From Chiloscyllium plagiosum (taxonomy: Eukaryota), in assembly GCF_004010195.1 (NCBI RefSeq), contig NC_057749.1, forward strand, positions 12,970,137 to 13,030,796: a DNA stretch of 60,660 nt, in the 5' to 3' direction. The stretch's first letter is position 1, and each line of letters opens with the position of its first letter. The position numbers and the translations under genes are program-made. Shown in pieces: positions 1 through 12,500 of the stretch. The notes under the pieces were generated by a model, which had not been told where the DNA came from, searched no databases, and was given only the letters and a program-made list of their open reading frames with translations.

Positions 1-215
1 CCGATTCCCCGCAGATTGTGTTAAACGGGCCGCCCATTTGCCCTTTTAATGGGATTTTCTCGGGAAGCCGCGAGCCGCTATTCGGCCACGGAGGGCATCA
101 CCTCCGATCTCTGCCGATTCCCCCACCGGCTCACCCAGTGTCGTCTCCCCCGGGGGAGAGAGAGTGTCCCCCACAGCCCCCGCCCTGAGTCTCTGCCCTA
201 ACCCCCCGCCCCCCC
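1..215. promoter_or_regulatory. CpG-rich segment, probable edge of the SNX22 promoter/exon 1 CpG island
   Basis: High CpG density in an otherwise CpG-depleted window, upstream of SNX22 exon 2. Confidence 0.35.
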
Positions 216-669
216 AATGTGTGTGTCACTGTGTGTGTCTGTCTGTGCTCAGGATGTACTCTGTTTCAGGTGGTGTGATGTGAAGGGTCTGGGGGGTCAA
301 TGTTTCTAACGGTCTCAGACTCTTCAGAACTGGACAGAGTTGGGTCGGTGCCTGGGGGCGGAGGTGGGGCCGGTGTGAGTGAGAAGACTTCTTAAGAAGG
401 GTCATTACTGGACTCAAAATGTTAATAGTTTGCACAGGTAGTGCCAGACCTGCTGAGTTTCTCCAAAGTGCAGTGTTTGTTTCAGATTTGCAGCATCCCG
501 AGTGTTTTTCTTTTATTGAATTGCTGATGGATTTATCCTGGAGAAAAGATGGGAGCAAAGAGAGAGACCTGGGAAGATTCCAGACTGATTGGATTTGGAG
601 CTTACAGCTGTGACAGAACAAAGAGCAGAGGGAGTGGGAATGATTGGTTGAAGGGAAGTGAAATAGAGA

Positions 670-1745
670 GAGGCAGAATTAGGCCATTCAGCCCATCAAG
701 TCTGCTCCACCATTCGATCATGGCTGATATGCTACTCACCCCCATTTTCCTGCCTTCTCCCCATATCCCTTCAACCCGTTACCAATTAAATATCTGTCTA
801 ACTCCTCCTTAAAGTTTACTCACTGTCTCAGCACCTCCCACACTTTGGGGTAGCAAATTCCACCGATTCATAACCCTTGGGGAGTAGTTTCTCCACAACT
901 CTGTTTTGAATTTGCTATCGCTTATCCTAAGACCTCTCATCCTAGGATGCCTAACAAGAGGAAGCATCTGCTCCGTGTCTATTTTATCCATATCTTTTAT
1001 CATCTTGAATACCTCAATTTGATCTCGCCTCATTTTTCTAAACTCCAGAGAGTATAGGTCTAAACCGTTCAATCTCTCTTCATCTGACAAACCCCTCATC
1101 TCTGGGATCGATCTATTGAACGTCCTCTGAACTGCCTCCGATGTCATTACATCTTTCCTCAAATAAGGGGACTAGAACTGTGTACATCCTCCAGATGTGG
1201 TCTCACCAATGCGGTATAATTGCAACAAGACTCCCTCACCTTTATATTCTACTCCTTTAGCTAAGAGTCAACATTCCATTTGCTTTCTTTACTATCTGCT
1301 GTACCCTGTGTGGCTAGTTTTCTGTGATTCATGACTGAGGACACCCAGATTCCTCTGCAGCGGAGCATCCCAAAGTCTCTCCCCATTTAGATAATAGGTC
1401 ACCTTCCCATTTTTTCATACAAAATGCATGACTTTGCACTTAACCTCGTTAAACTCCATCTGCCACATTTTGGCCCACTCTCCTAACCTATCTAGATTCG
1501 TTTGTAAGGTTCTTATTTCCTCACTGCAATCTATCGTCTCGCCTGTTTTTGTCGTCTGCAAATTTGACTGTAGAGCCTTCTATCCCTGTATCCGAGTAAT
1601 TAATGTAGATTATAAATAGCTGGGGTCCGAGGACCCCACCCTGTGACACCCCATGCGTTACATCTTGCCATCCAGAAAAAAAAATTATCCTGACTCTCTG
1701 TCTTCTGTCCATCAGCCAGTCATCTATCTAAGCTAAAAAATTACC
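670..1745 (-). mobile_element. CR1-clade LINE, degenerate 3' RT fragment
   Basis: ORF pieces GVSQGGVLGPQLFIIYIN..VKFADD and LDLYSLEFRKMRRDQIEVFKM; frameshifted. Confidence 0.85.
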
Positions 1746-1779
1746 CCATGATAAATAGATCCTGAATATGTGTTAATAC

Positions 1780-2040
1780 CAGAATAAAGCATAGCTCTGT
1801 AAAGCCAAGAGATTCAGACAGATTAGAGTAGGGTTGGGGTTGGTTATTGTTGAACTCAGAGTTGAGTCCTGGAAGTTGTACAATGTCTCAAAAATGGGGT
1901 GCTGCTCCCCTAGTTTGCACTGAGCTTCTCTGGAACACGGCAGGGACCCAGGAGAGGAATATGAACATGAGAACAGGAATTGAAACAGCAAGTCATTGGC
2001 AGCTCAGAGTGATGGTTGTGGACAGGGCATAGGTGAGAGG
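1780..2040 (-). mobile_element. Penelope-like element remnant (GIY-YIG C-terminal region)
   Basis: KLGEQHPIF.. resembles the PLE endonuclease tail seen at 27780-27823 (IFRLGTLQP). Confidence 0.5.
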
Positions 2041-3169
2041 GGCTTAAAATCACTGGGGGCAATCTTTATCTCATGGCCGTTTTAGAAAGTGCAGAGATTT
2101 GGTAAGAGTACTTTCACTTTGATTGTGATTCCACACAGATAGGAATTTCACCAGAGTGAAGACTTCAGCATCTTTCCTAGGCAGCAGATACAAGCCTGCC
2201 CTGGGGGGGGTGGCACTGGATAGGGGCATGTCTGTGCCCCATTCCCCCTAAGGAGTCTCAGCACCACCCCCCCCACCCAAGGGAGTCTCAGCACCCCTCC
2301 CCCAACCCCCCATTGGAAGTCTCCACACCACCCTGCCCCACACCCTCCAGTGGAGTCTCTGTGCTCCGCCCACCCCTCACTGCCCTTGGGGGTGGGGCGG
2401 GGGGTTAACTCACCACCACATTCCTCCTCCAAAAGGGGAGTCTCTGTTCCTGTCTCTCATGGAGTCTCTAGGGGAGTCCCTGGGGAGTGTCTGTGCACCT
2501 ACCCCTCACTGAGGGGTGTAGGGTGGGGGGTCTCTGGGGTGAGAGGTGGGTGTGAAAGTCACTGAGTGCTAAGGCAAGGATTTCCTCACAGCAGGGGAGA
2601 TTTAAACAGAGAGTGTGGACTTTTGGATCGGATTTATTTGGTTGAGAATCTCTCTTTGCATGGATGTGGTATGTAGCCATAGCAACAGAGCGTTGAACTT
2701 CTTTGTCAATAACCATGGCAACTTGATGCACTGTGTTGGAGTTATAAAGCAGGGATCTGTTTTCAATGGAGCTGACAGTGAGAGTGGGGGGTGGATTGTT
2801 CCAAGAGCCCGAGAATAGCCTCAGCTTCTCCCCAGGGGTTGGGGGTTAGGTGGCGGGCGGGGGTTGAGGGGGACATGATGTAGTTTGCTTGTGGCCATGG
2901 GGATGAATATTCTGGAGGTGCTGCTGAGAGTAACGAGGGGAGATGTTGCAATTGTCAGCATCTTGGTGAGGCCTCAACATTGAATTATCTCGCAAACGTC
3001 CCCATCCCAGGGCACCACTACACACCGCCCAGACAACTCAACCGTTCTGAGCTATTGTGTTGTAGGAAATATAGCAACTGCTGTGTGAAACAGGATACAG
3101 CAGATGCTGGAAATCTGAAATAAAAACATGGGAAGCCAGCGGAGTGGAGAGTGTTGATGGAACCTATAT

Positions 3170-3390
3170 TGAGGAATAGATGTTGATCAAGACATTGGGT
3201 GGTTTCCTTGTAGGGGCTAGGGGGATGAGTCTGCCTGTAGGGTGGGGGTGGAGTTTCCAGGGGGTGACCGTGTGGTCAGAGATTCCTAAGGCAGAAGATG
3301 AGGCGTTCTTCCTCCAGGTACAGCTGGCCAGGATGTAGTGGTGGAGGAGGCCCAGAACTTGCATGTCCTTGATAGAATCAGGGGGTGGGC
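3170..3390 (-). mobile_element. Penelope-like element remnant
   Basis: ttcctaaggcagaagatgaggcg matches the PLE 3' region at 27806-27823. Confidence 0.55.
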
Positions 3391-3477
3391 GTGGGGGGGG
3401 GGGGGGGGGGGGGTGGTGAGGGGGGGGGTGGGGAATATCCCTGAGGTGGGGGTCACTGACACAGCTTCCTGTTACAG

Positions 3478-3561
3478 GTTTTCCGAGTCGAGGTTCTCAA
3501 CAATGGGCGCAAACACCTCGTGGATCGAAGATACCGAGACTTCCAGGCTCTACATAAAAAG
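3478..3561 (+). CDS. SNX22: SNX22 coding exon 2 (84 nt), PX domain N-part
   Basis: ttacag|GTT...AAG|gtcaga; VFRVEVLNNGRKHLVDRRYRDFQALHKK, containing the PX RRY motif. Confidence 0.92.
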
Positions 3562-6500
3562 GTCAGAGTCCCAGATACTAACCCCCACCATCCTTTACCT
3601 TGCCCACCCACAACCCCCACAAACCCACCCTCTACCCCACCACCCACGAACCCCCTCAGTCACTACCTCTGCCACATTCAACCCTTCACCCTCATTACCC
3701 CCTCCCCCACCTGGTGGTCCTTTGACACTACCCCACCCACATTGCATTGTAAGGTTCAGGAAGGCATTGGAAAATAGCAATGATCAATCCTGAGTAAGAC
3801 AGTTTAACTGATGGACAGTGAACTGTGGTGGGGCAAGAACAGAGCTGGGCAGGATTGACTGGAACATAAGGGTTGGTGGTGAAACCATTACTGATTGATC
3901 AGCTGCCCTCAAAGAGGAGGTGGTTCAGGTACAGTCCCTCAAAACCAATCCCGAGTTCCCTGAATGAAAACTGAGATAGAGATTAAAATAAAGGAGAAAA
4001 AGTATAGTTATGGCAGTATCAGATAGAGAGTACAATTACAAACCGAAAGGAACACCATAGTGTGAGGAGAGATGGAAAAATACATTAGAGAAGTAAAAAG
4101 GGATTATGAGAAAGACTGGCAGCAAACATAAAAAGAAGTCTTCTGTAAGTACATCACCAGAAGAAAGATGGTAAAAGGAGGGATAAGGCTGATCAGGAAC
4201 AAAGAAAGAGCTTTACATTCTGGAGGCAGGAGGCATTGCTGTGGTGGATACTTTACACCTATCCTCTCCAAAGAGGGACATGTTACCCAGGCTGTGATGA
4301 CAGACGAGGAAACTTGGTCATGAGAAGTGTTCAAAATGGATGGATTAATGCTTAAAACTGATAATGCACCAAGACTGGATGAGATAAATCCAGGGCTATG
4401 GAAGGAGGTGAAAGTGGAAATTGCAGGGTCACTGAATAGAATCAGGGGAGGTGTCAGGAGACTGGAAAATTGCAAACATTACAAGCTTGTTCAAGAAAGT
4501 TGTTAGCAATCTCACATCTGGTAGGAAGGCTTCTAGGGACAAGTCAGGATAGAAGTAATAGTCACATGGAAAAAGATGGGTTGGTTATGTAGAGTGAGCA
4601 TGGATTTCTAAAGGGAAATTGTGTTTAACTGTTAATGGATCCAGAAAGCACTTGATACAGTGCCTCATGAGGCTTGTGAGGAAGGTCTTAGGTTTAAAAG
4701 AGACAACAGCAACATTGACCATGTGCTCGGAAACAGAGAGGAACGGTCAATGGCTGGAGGAAGGTTTGTTGTGAAGTTCCTCTGGGGTCAGGATGAAGAG
4801 CCCTGTTTGTCTGAGGCAGTTAATGATCTGGACCTGGATATGCAGGGGACAGTTTTTGAGTTTGCAGATAACAGTAAACTTGGATGAACCAGATATTTTG
4901 GAGCAGGTGGGACTTGAACCCAGACCTCCTGGCTCAGAGGTAGGGACAATACCACTGCACCACAAGAGTCCTTTGGAAGAATTGTCAACTATGAAAACAG
5001 CTGAGAACTTCATAAATACATTGATAAATTGGTGGAGCAGGTGGGTGGTGGCAAATAAAGTTTATTGTGGAGAAGTTAGGAAGAAAATTGAAAAATAATA
5101 TAAAATAGGGGGTCCAATTCTAAAGGGGATGTGGCACGAGCAGAGGGACCTGGGTGTGTGTGTATATGCAGAGATCATTGGAAGTACAAGGATAGGTAGA
5201 GAGAAGCTGAAAATGTGTTGCTGGAAGAGCGCAGCAGGTCAGGCAGCATCCAGGGAACAGGAGAATCGACCCCTGAAAGTAGGGCTCATGCCCGAAACGT
5301 CGATTCTCCTGCTCCTTGGATGCTGCCTGACCTGCTGCGCTTTTCCAGCAACACATTTTCAGCTATTGTGTACAGTCACAGGAAATATGTGAACATATTG
5401 GAGAGAGTGCAGAAGCAATTTAGAGGAACTGCTCCAGGAATGTGGAATTGGTGAAGTTAGGACTTATCACCTTTGAGAGGAAAAGGCTGAGATAAGATTT
5501 GGAGGTTTTCGTGAGTGGACTGGACAGAGTAGATAGGGCAGAGCTTTCCTTGTAAAAGGAACAAGAACAAGAGGGGATGGATTTAAAGCAGTGTGCAAAA
5601 GGAACAAATATGATGGAATAAAAATCCTTCTTCTGCAGCATGAGGAATTCTGTGAACTTATGATGCTGTTAGGGAGGAAATTCCAGGATTTCGACATAAC
5701 AATACTGCACTAATAGTGATATATTTCCAAGTCAAGATGGTGTACGACTTAGAGGGGAATTTGCAGGGGGATGGTATCTGCTGGCGTTGTCCTTCTCACT
5801 GGGAAAGGTCACAGGTTTGGAAAGAGCATTGGTGATTGGCCACAGCTTGGACCATTTCCTGTAGCAATGATGGAGGGAGTAAATGGGAACAAACTGATCA
5901 GGGAGTCAAATGTGTTGTTGTGGTGGAAGGGATTTGATTCCAGGACCACTGGGACTGTCACGGGAAAGAGAGAGTTGTTCCATTGTGACCAACTCCACTA
6001 AACTAGGCTGGGGCCTGTCTACTGTGTAACAGGCTGTCCATATTTTAAGGAGACGGTTCAAAGAAGGGGCATTTAGTAAATCTAAAAAGAAAAGTCAAAA
6101 CCATCGAGCTGTGTAGTGACTGGGTAAAAATAAGCAGGCAGCGAGTGAGAGAAAGGACCAGCAGATTTTGTGGTAAAATTACACCAATGAGGAAGGTTAA
6201 ATGATGGAAAAATAGTGAGAAGTTATTGCTGAAGGTGTTTATCTGACCCCAACAATCATCCCTCTGACTGAGTGACTGATGGCACCAATGAAGAGAAATG
6301 GATTGGATGTAATCCCTATTACAGAGCTGTGCTGGCACAGTGTCTGAGATTGGGAATTTCAGGAGATCTGACCTTTATCGAAGTGGGCCAATGGGTGGCC
6401 CTGACAATAAAGGATACAGGCAGGAGACAGGAGGGATCCTGATTTGGAAGAACAGGGCGTATCAGTAACAGCGAGGGTCAGAAATGCTGGTGAGAGCAGT

Positions 6501-9500
6501 TTCGAGGCCCCTGAGCAGTAACTATCCTGTTAGACAAAACATTAATCAGAAATAAAAGGAGCTTATAACAAAGTCAATGCAATAGTCTTGGGGACTTTAA
6601 TCTTCATGTGAACTGGGCAAAAGAAATTGGCAAAAATAGTTTGGCAATTGATTTATGGAATGCATTCAAGTTAGTTTCTTAGAACAATATATACTGGCTG
6701 TCCCTGTCCTGGGAGTGTTTGATGGGGACAGTGTAAAGGGAGCCTTATTCTGTATCTAACCCCGTGCTGTCCCTGTCTTGGGAGTGTTTGATGGGGAACA
6801 GTGTAGAGGAGGCTTTACTCTGTATCTAACCCTGTGCTGTCCCTGTCATAGAGTCATACAGCACGGAAACAGACCTTTCGGTCCAACCAGTCCATGCTGA
6901 ACATAATCCCAACTAAACTAGCCCCATGTGCCTGCTCCTGGCCCATATCCCTCCAAACCTTTTCTATTCATGTGTCATCCAAATGTCTTTTAAATGTTGT
7001 AACTGTGTCCACATCCACCACTACCTCGAATTCATTTCATGCATGAACTGCCCTCTGTGTAAAAAAATTTGCCCATCATGTCTTTTTGAAATCTCTCTCC
7101 TCTCACCTTAAAAATGTGCTCCCAATCTTGAAACTCCCCCCATCCCAGGGAAAATGCAACTACCATTAACTCGATCTAAAATGTCATTATTTTATAAACT
7201 TCTATCAGATCGCCTCTCAGCCTCCCCAGTGAAAAAACTCCCAGCCTTTCTTTATAACTCAAACCTTCCATACCTGGCAACATCCTGGTAAATCTTTTCT
7301 GAACCCTCTCCAGCTTAATAATATCCTTCCTATAACTGGGTGACCAGAACTAGACACAGTATTCCAGAAGAGGCCTCACCAATGTCCTGTACAATATCAA
7401 CATGACGTCCCAACTCCTATACTCAGAGGACTGAGCAGTGAAGGCAAGCTTGCCAAATACCTTTTTAACCACCCTGTTTGTGTGACACAAACTTTAAAGA
7501 ATTATGTACATGCACCCCTAGGTCCCTCTGTACTGTAACACTACCCAAGGGCTTACCTTTAATTGTATAAGCTCTACCCTTGTCTTAAAATGCAATAACT
7601 TGCATTTATCCAGATTGAACTCCATCTGCCATTTTTCAGCCCATTGACCCATTTGATCAAGATCCTTTTGTAATCTTAGAAAACCTTCACTGTCTACTAT
7701 ACCACCAATTTTGGTGTCGTCCACAAACTTACTAACCATGCCTTCTATATTCATATCCAGATCAGTTATATAACTGACAAACGAAAGAGAATCCAGGGCT
7801 GATCTCTGTGGAACACCACTGATCACATGCCTTCAGTCCGAAAAACAACCTTCCACCATTACTCTGTCTCCTGCCGTTAAGCCAACTATGGAAGCAATTG
7901 GCAAGCTCGTCCTGAATCTCATGTGACCTAACTTTACTAATCAGTCTACCAGGCGGAACTTTGTCAAAGGCTTTACTAAAATCCAAATAAACAACGTCTA
8001 CTGCTCTGCCATCATCAATCTTTTTGCTAACTTCCTCAAAAGAACTCAATCAAGTTTGTGAGACATGATTTTCCTTGCACAAAACCATGCTGACTATCCT
8101 TAATCAATTTTTGCCTCTCTAAATATCCATAAATCCTATCTTTTATAATTACCTCCAACAATTTACTCACATGTCTATAGTTCCCCGGTTTCTCCTTACA
8201 ACCTTTTCTTAAACAGAGCTGCAACATTAGCAACCCTCCAGTCATCAGGCACTTCACCTGTACTTGTAGATGATGCAAATATTTCAGCAAAGGGTTTCAT
8301 AAGTTCCTCCTTATTTCCCATAACGTTTTGGGATACATTAAATGAGGTTCCAGAGATTTAACCTGGAAGTGTTAGAGGGAGCCTTACTCTGTATATAACC
8401 TATGCTGTCCCTATCCCTGGTGTGTTTGATGGGGGACAGTGTAGAGGGAGCTTTACTCTGTATCTAACCTCATACTGTCCCTGTCCTGGGAGTGTTTGAC
8501 GGGGACATTGTAGGGGAAGCTTTACTTTGTATCTAACCCCGTGCTGTCCCTATCCTGGGAGTGTTTGATGGGGGGACAGTGTAGAGGGAGCTTTACTCTG
8601 TATCCATCCCTGTGTTGTCCCTGTCCTGGGAGTGTTTGATGGGGGACAGTGTAGAGAGAGCTTTACTCTGTATCTAACCTCATACTGTCCCTGTCCTGGG
8701 AGTGTTTGACGGGGACAGTGTAGGGGAAGCTTTACTTTGTATCTAACCCTGTGTTGTCCCTGTCCTGGGTGTGTTTGATGGGGGGACAGTGTAGAGGAAG
8801 CTTTACTCTGTATCTAGCCCTGTGCTGTCCCTGTCCGGGGAGTGTTTGATGGTGAGTGTGTAGAGGAAGCTTTACTCTGTATCTAACCCTGTGCTGTCCC
8901 TGTCCTGGGAGCTCGAGTTTTATTTTTGGAATGCAGGGGCAGGGGCAGGGGCAGGCCCTTCAGCCCCTTGAGATTCCTGCACCATTGAATCGGATCATGG
9001 CAGGATCCTCTTTTTTTTTAATTACCTACCCCCACCCCTCAACTCCTTTGGTAACCAGAAAACTATGAATCTCTATCTGACACAAACTGAATGCAAGACC
9101 CTGTGGTTTTCTGAAGCTGGCTTTTCTCAGTGCAGTCTCTTTGTGTTTTTTATTCTGGTTCAGTTTCTGATATCCATTTCCTTGAGGACACTTGCCTGTG
9201 AGCTGTCTGGTTCCCAAACACACACTGATGTCGCTCTGAAAATAGATCTGATATTCCCTGGTGAACGGAATGTAATTAGGGTGAGCACTAAGACCAGAGA
9301 AGGAACGTTAAAGGATTGGGAGATAATTACAGGACGATGTTGTGAGGTGAAATCACAAATAGATTTAATACCACCTTTTGACCTTCCATTGATCAGTCAC
9401 GTAAGTCTGGTCAGTCAGCAGCTACACTGGCCTCTTGTTTCTGTACACCTTCCCAATGCTGCTGACACCAGCCTGTTAATGGATTTGGGGTGGACCACAG

Positions 9501-12500
9501 CCCCACAGAGAGAGATGGCAAGAGAAGAATGGGCCATTGTGCCACCCCCTCAGAATGCCTTCTACTCCACCAGCCCTCCCACCAAAGGCTTGAGGTGAGG
9601 TGCCTGAGGCTGACATTCCCTCCATGTTTCTGTTACCTACAGTTAAAAAAGACAACAAAAACACCAGACTTTCCCTCAAAGAGAGGCCTGAATCGAAGGC
9701 CCAAAGCCCTGGAACAGAAGAGGTCAGGATTGGAGGCATATTTACAGGTAAGGCCCAGAGAAAGCAAGACAGAGAGCACAATGCTGAGGGGGCGCCGCAC
9801 TGTCGGAGGGTCGGCGCTGAGGGGGCGCCGCACTGTCGGAGGGTTCGGCGCTGAGGGGGCACCGCACTGTCGGAGGGTCGGCGCTGAGGGGGCGCCGCAC
9901 TGTCGGAGGGTCGGCGCTGAGGGGGCGCCGCACTGTCGGAGGGTCGGCGCTGAGAGGCCGGTGTTTGGGGACTGGGCCCTGTATCTAAAGGTTTCAGGAT
10001 GGTTGGAGCTGTGACAAGTGAGGTAACCAGGCAATGACCTTTTCTGTATACAGACAAGTTTTTCTGTCTCTCTGTCTGTCTCTCTCAGAGTCTTGTGTGT
10101 GAATGCGACAATTGGACTTTGTCCCGGGAAATCCTCGACTTCCTGAACATCAAACACATCCCGGTCGGAAAGTCGCCTAATACAGTGAGGTCAGTGCCTG
10201 AAGGATTTATTGGTACATCATTTACTGCTGTTCCTGAACTATCAGAAACCCTATCAGTAATAACCCTGCTACTGCCCTCAGAGCCTGAGTGAACTGGGGA
10301 GTCAGGGTCACCTGGTTTGGACTGAGCCAAGGAAGAATTGCTTTGCACAGAGCGTGGGGAAGGTTTGGAATTGGCTACTTCAGGGGACTGTGGAGTCTCA
10401 GCTGTTGAGTGTTAAAGGCAGAGGTTCATGTTACTGTTGGGTGGGGTGTTGAAGAATATGGGGATGTTTGGGTTAATGAAATTAAAATCAAACTGCCCAA
10501 CATTTAAAAGAACAGGAGAACAGGCTGGAGGGGCTGAATGGCCGCCTCCTGGTCCTTTAACAACACACAGAAATTCAGAAGGATTAGTTTGAGTCGGGAA
10601 CATTGTGACTCAAAATAACTCCCAAGTAATTTGAGGTTTTGCCGAGTTGGCATTAATGTGAGGGAACTGTCTCCTGCCTCTGTCTGGATTTGGCTGCACA
10701 TTCCGCCACCTGGTGGTCACGGACAGAATGGCAGCTCCTGGTTCCCCAGACCAAGGGCTGAATCAGCTCACAAGTTGTCTGCCCAGTCTCCACACTGTCT
10801 CCCTCTCCCACATCTCCATATTGTCACTATTCCTTGTTTCCCCTTGCCTCAGTGCCTGGCCAGGGTTAAAAGGTCTCAGTGAAGGTGAAGACAGCTGCTC
10901 TGTTTGTGGTGTGGGTGCACAGACGGAGGGATCAGGGTGTTAGCGCACAAATTAGAGAGCGTGAAAGGTCCCCTGAAATTCCTGAATTCCAGTGCTTTCT
11001 TTATAAGTAGAGGAATGGGGCACAAAACCCAAGAAATTATTCTAAACCTCTGTCTGCTGGAACATCAGAAACTGAGGGGTGACCTTATAGAGGTTTATAA
11101 AATAATGAGGGACATGGTTACGGTGAATACACAAGTCTAAAACCAGAGGACATAGGTTGAGGGTGAGAGCAGAAAAGTTTTTTTCATGCAGAGGGTGGTA
11201 CGTGTATGGAATGAGCTGCCAGAGGAAGTGGTGGAGGCTGGTACAATTACAACATTTAAAAGGCATCTGGATGGATATATGAATAGGAAGGGTTTAGAGG
11301 GATTTGTGCCAAATGGGACTAGATCATTTTAGGATATCTGGTTGGCATGGACGAGTTGGACCGAAGGGTCTTTTTTTGTGCTGTACATATCTGTGACTCT
11401 GACAGGGATATAGGGTACAAGAGCAAGGAGGTGGTGATGGATTTGTCTAAGACCTTGGTTAGAGCTCAAAAAGAGTACGGTGTGCTGTCCTGAGCTCCAT
11501 ATTATAGGAAAGATGTGAACACATTAGAGATAGTGCAGAAGCAATTGACAAGAACAGTTCCTGGGATGAAAAGAGTTAGCGGAGAGGTTTTCAAAAGGGG
11601 TGTGGACAGAATAGACAAGAGAGAAAGGTTCCACCGCAGAGAGGATTGAGATCAAGGAGGCACAGATTTAAAACAACTGACAAAAGAAGCAAATGTGCTG
11701 AGGAAGAGCTTTTTCATGCAGCACCTGGTTAGGTCTGGAACATTCTGTGGAAGGGTCACCGGACCCAAAACCTTAACTCTGCTTTCTCTCCACAGATGCT
11801 GCCAGACCTGCTGAGTTTTTCCAATGACCTTTGTTTTGGTTTTTGTTTCTGATTTCCAGCATTTCTTGGTTTTTTTTTTGTTAAACATCTAGAATGCACT
11901 ATCTGAGAAAGTGGAGGAGGCTGGTTCAACTGAAGCATTCAGAAAGTAGACAGAATCTAACCTTGGAAAGGGAGAATGTGTAGGGTCACAGAGAGGGCCG
12001 GAGCCAAGCAGGAAATGTTTGTTTGAAAAGCTGGTGAGGCTTATGATGGGCAGGTCCTGCTTTGTAACAATACAGCTGTTTGATCTGAAGGAGAGAATTA
12101 GGGAGAGCACATTTTAGGAAGGAATACAATCAGGAAATTGAGAACAAAGGGACTCTGCAGAAAGCAGGTCATTTTGATTTCGATCAACAGGTATAAAAGT
12201 GAGAGAAATTGAGTCATCATTGCTTTGAATTGATTTCATGTCCTTCCTTTTCTTTAGTGCCTTGGATCAACTTGACCTGCAGAATTACAGGTGAGCACTG
12301 GGAAGCTCTGCTTCGATCAGCATCACATTAAATTCCCTGAACTCCTTTTAAAGCGCAAGCAAAGCTACCCCCACACTTTTCCCCATCAGACTCTCTCAGG
12401 TCAGGGACGCTGGAAATGAGGATCATATGTTGATTTTGTTTTTCTGCTCCTGTCCAGGTTTTTTTGTCACCAGGTGGTCAGTTTCACAAAGGATGCCTTT

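Noticed and set aside
49..215. SNX22 exon 1 starting at the ATG near 49
   Set aside because: Translation does not resemble the SNX22/24 N-terminus (M.EV.IPS) and there is no convincing phase-0 donor; exon 1 probably lies before the window.
8373..8911. Regular repeats resembling a CRISPR array (also the 33-bp arrays)
   Set aside because: Units are contiguous with no unique spacers, there are no cas genes, and the context is vertebrate; these are minisatellites.
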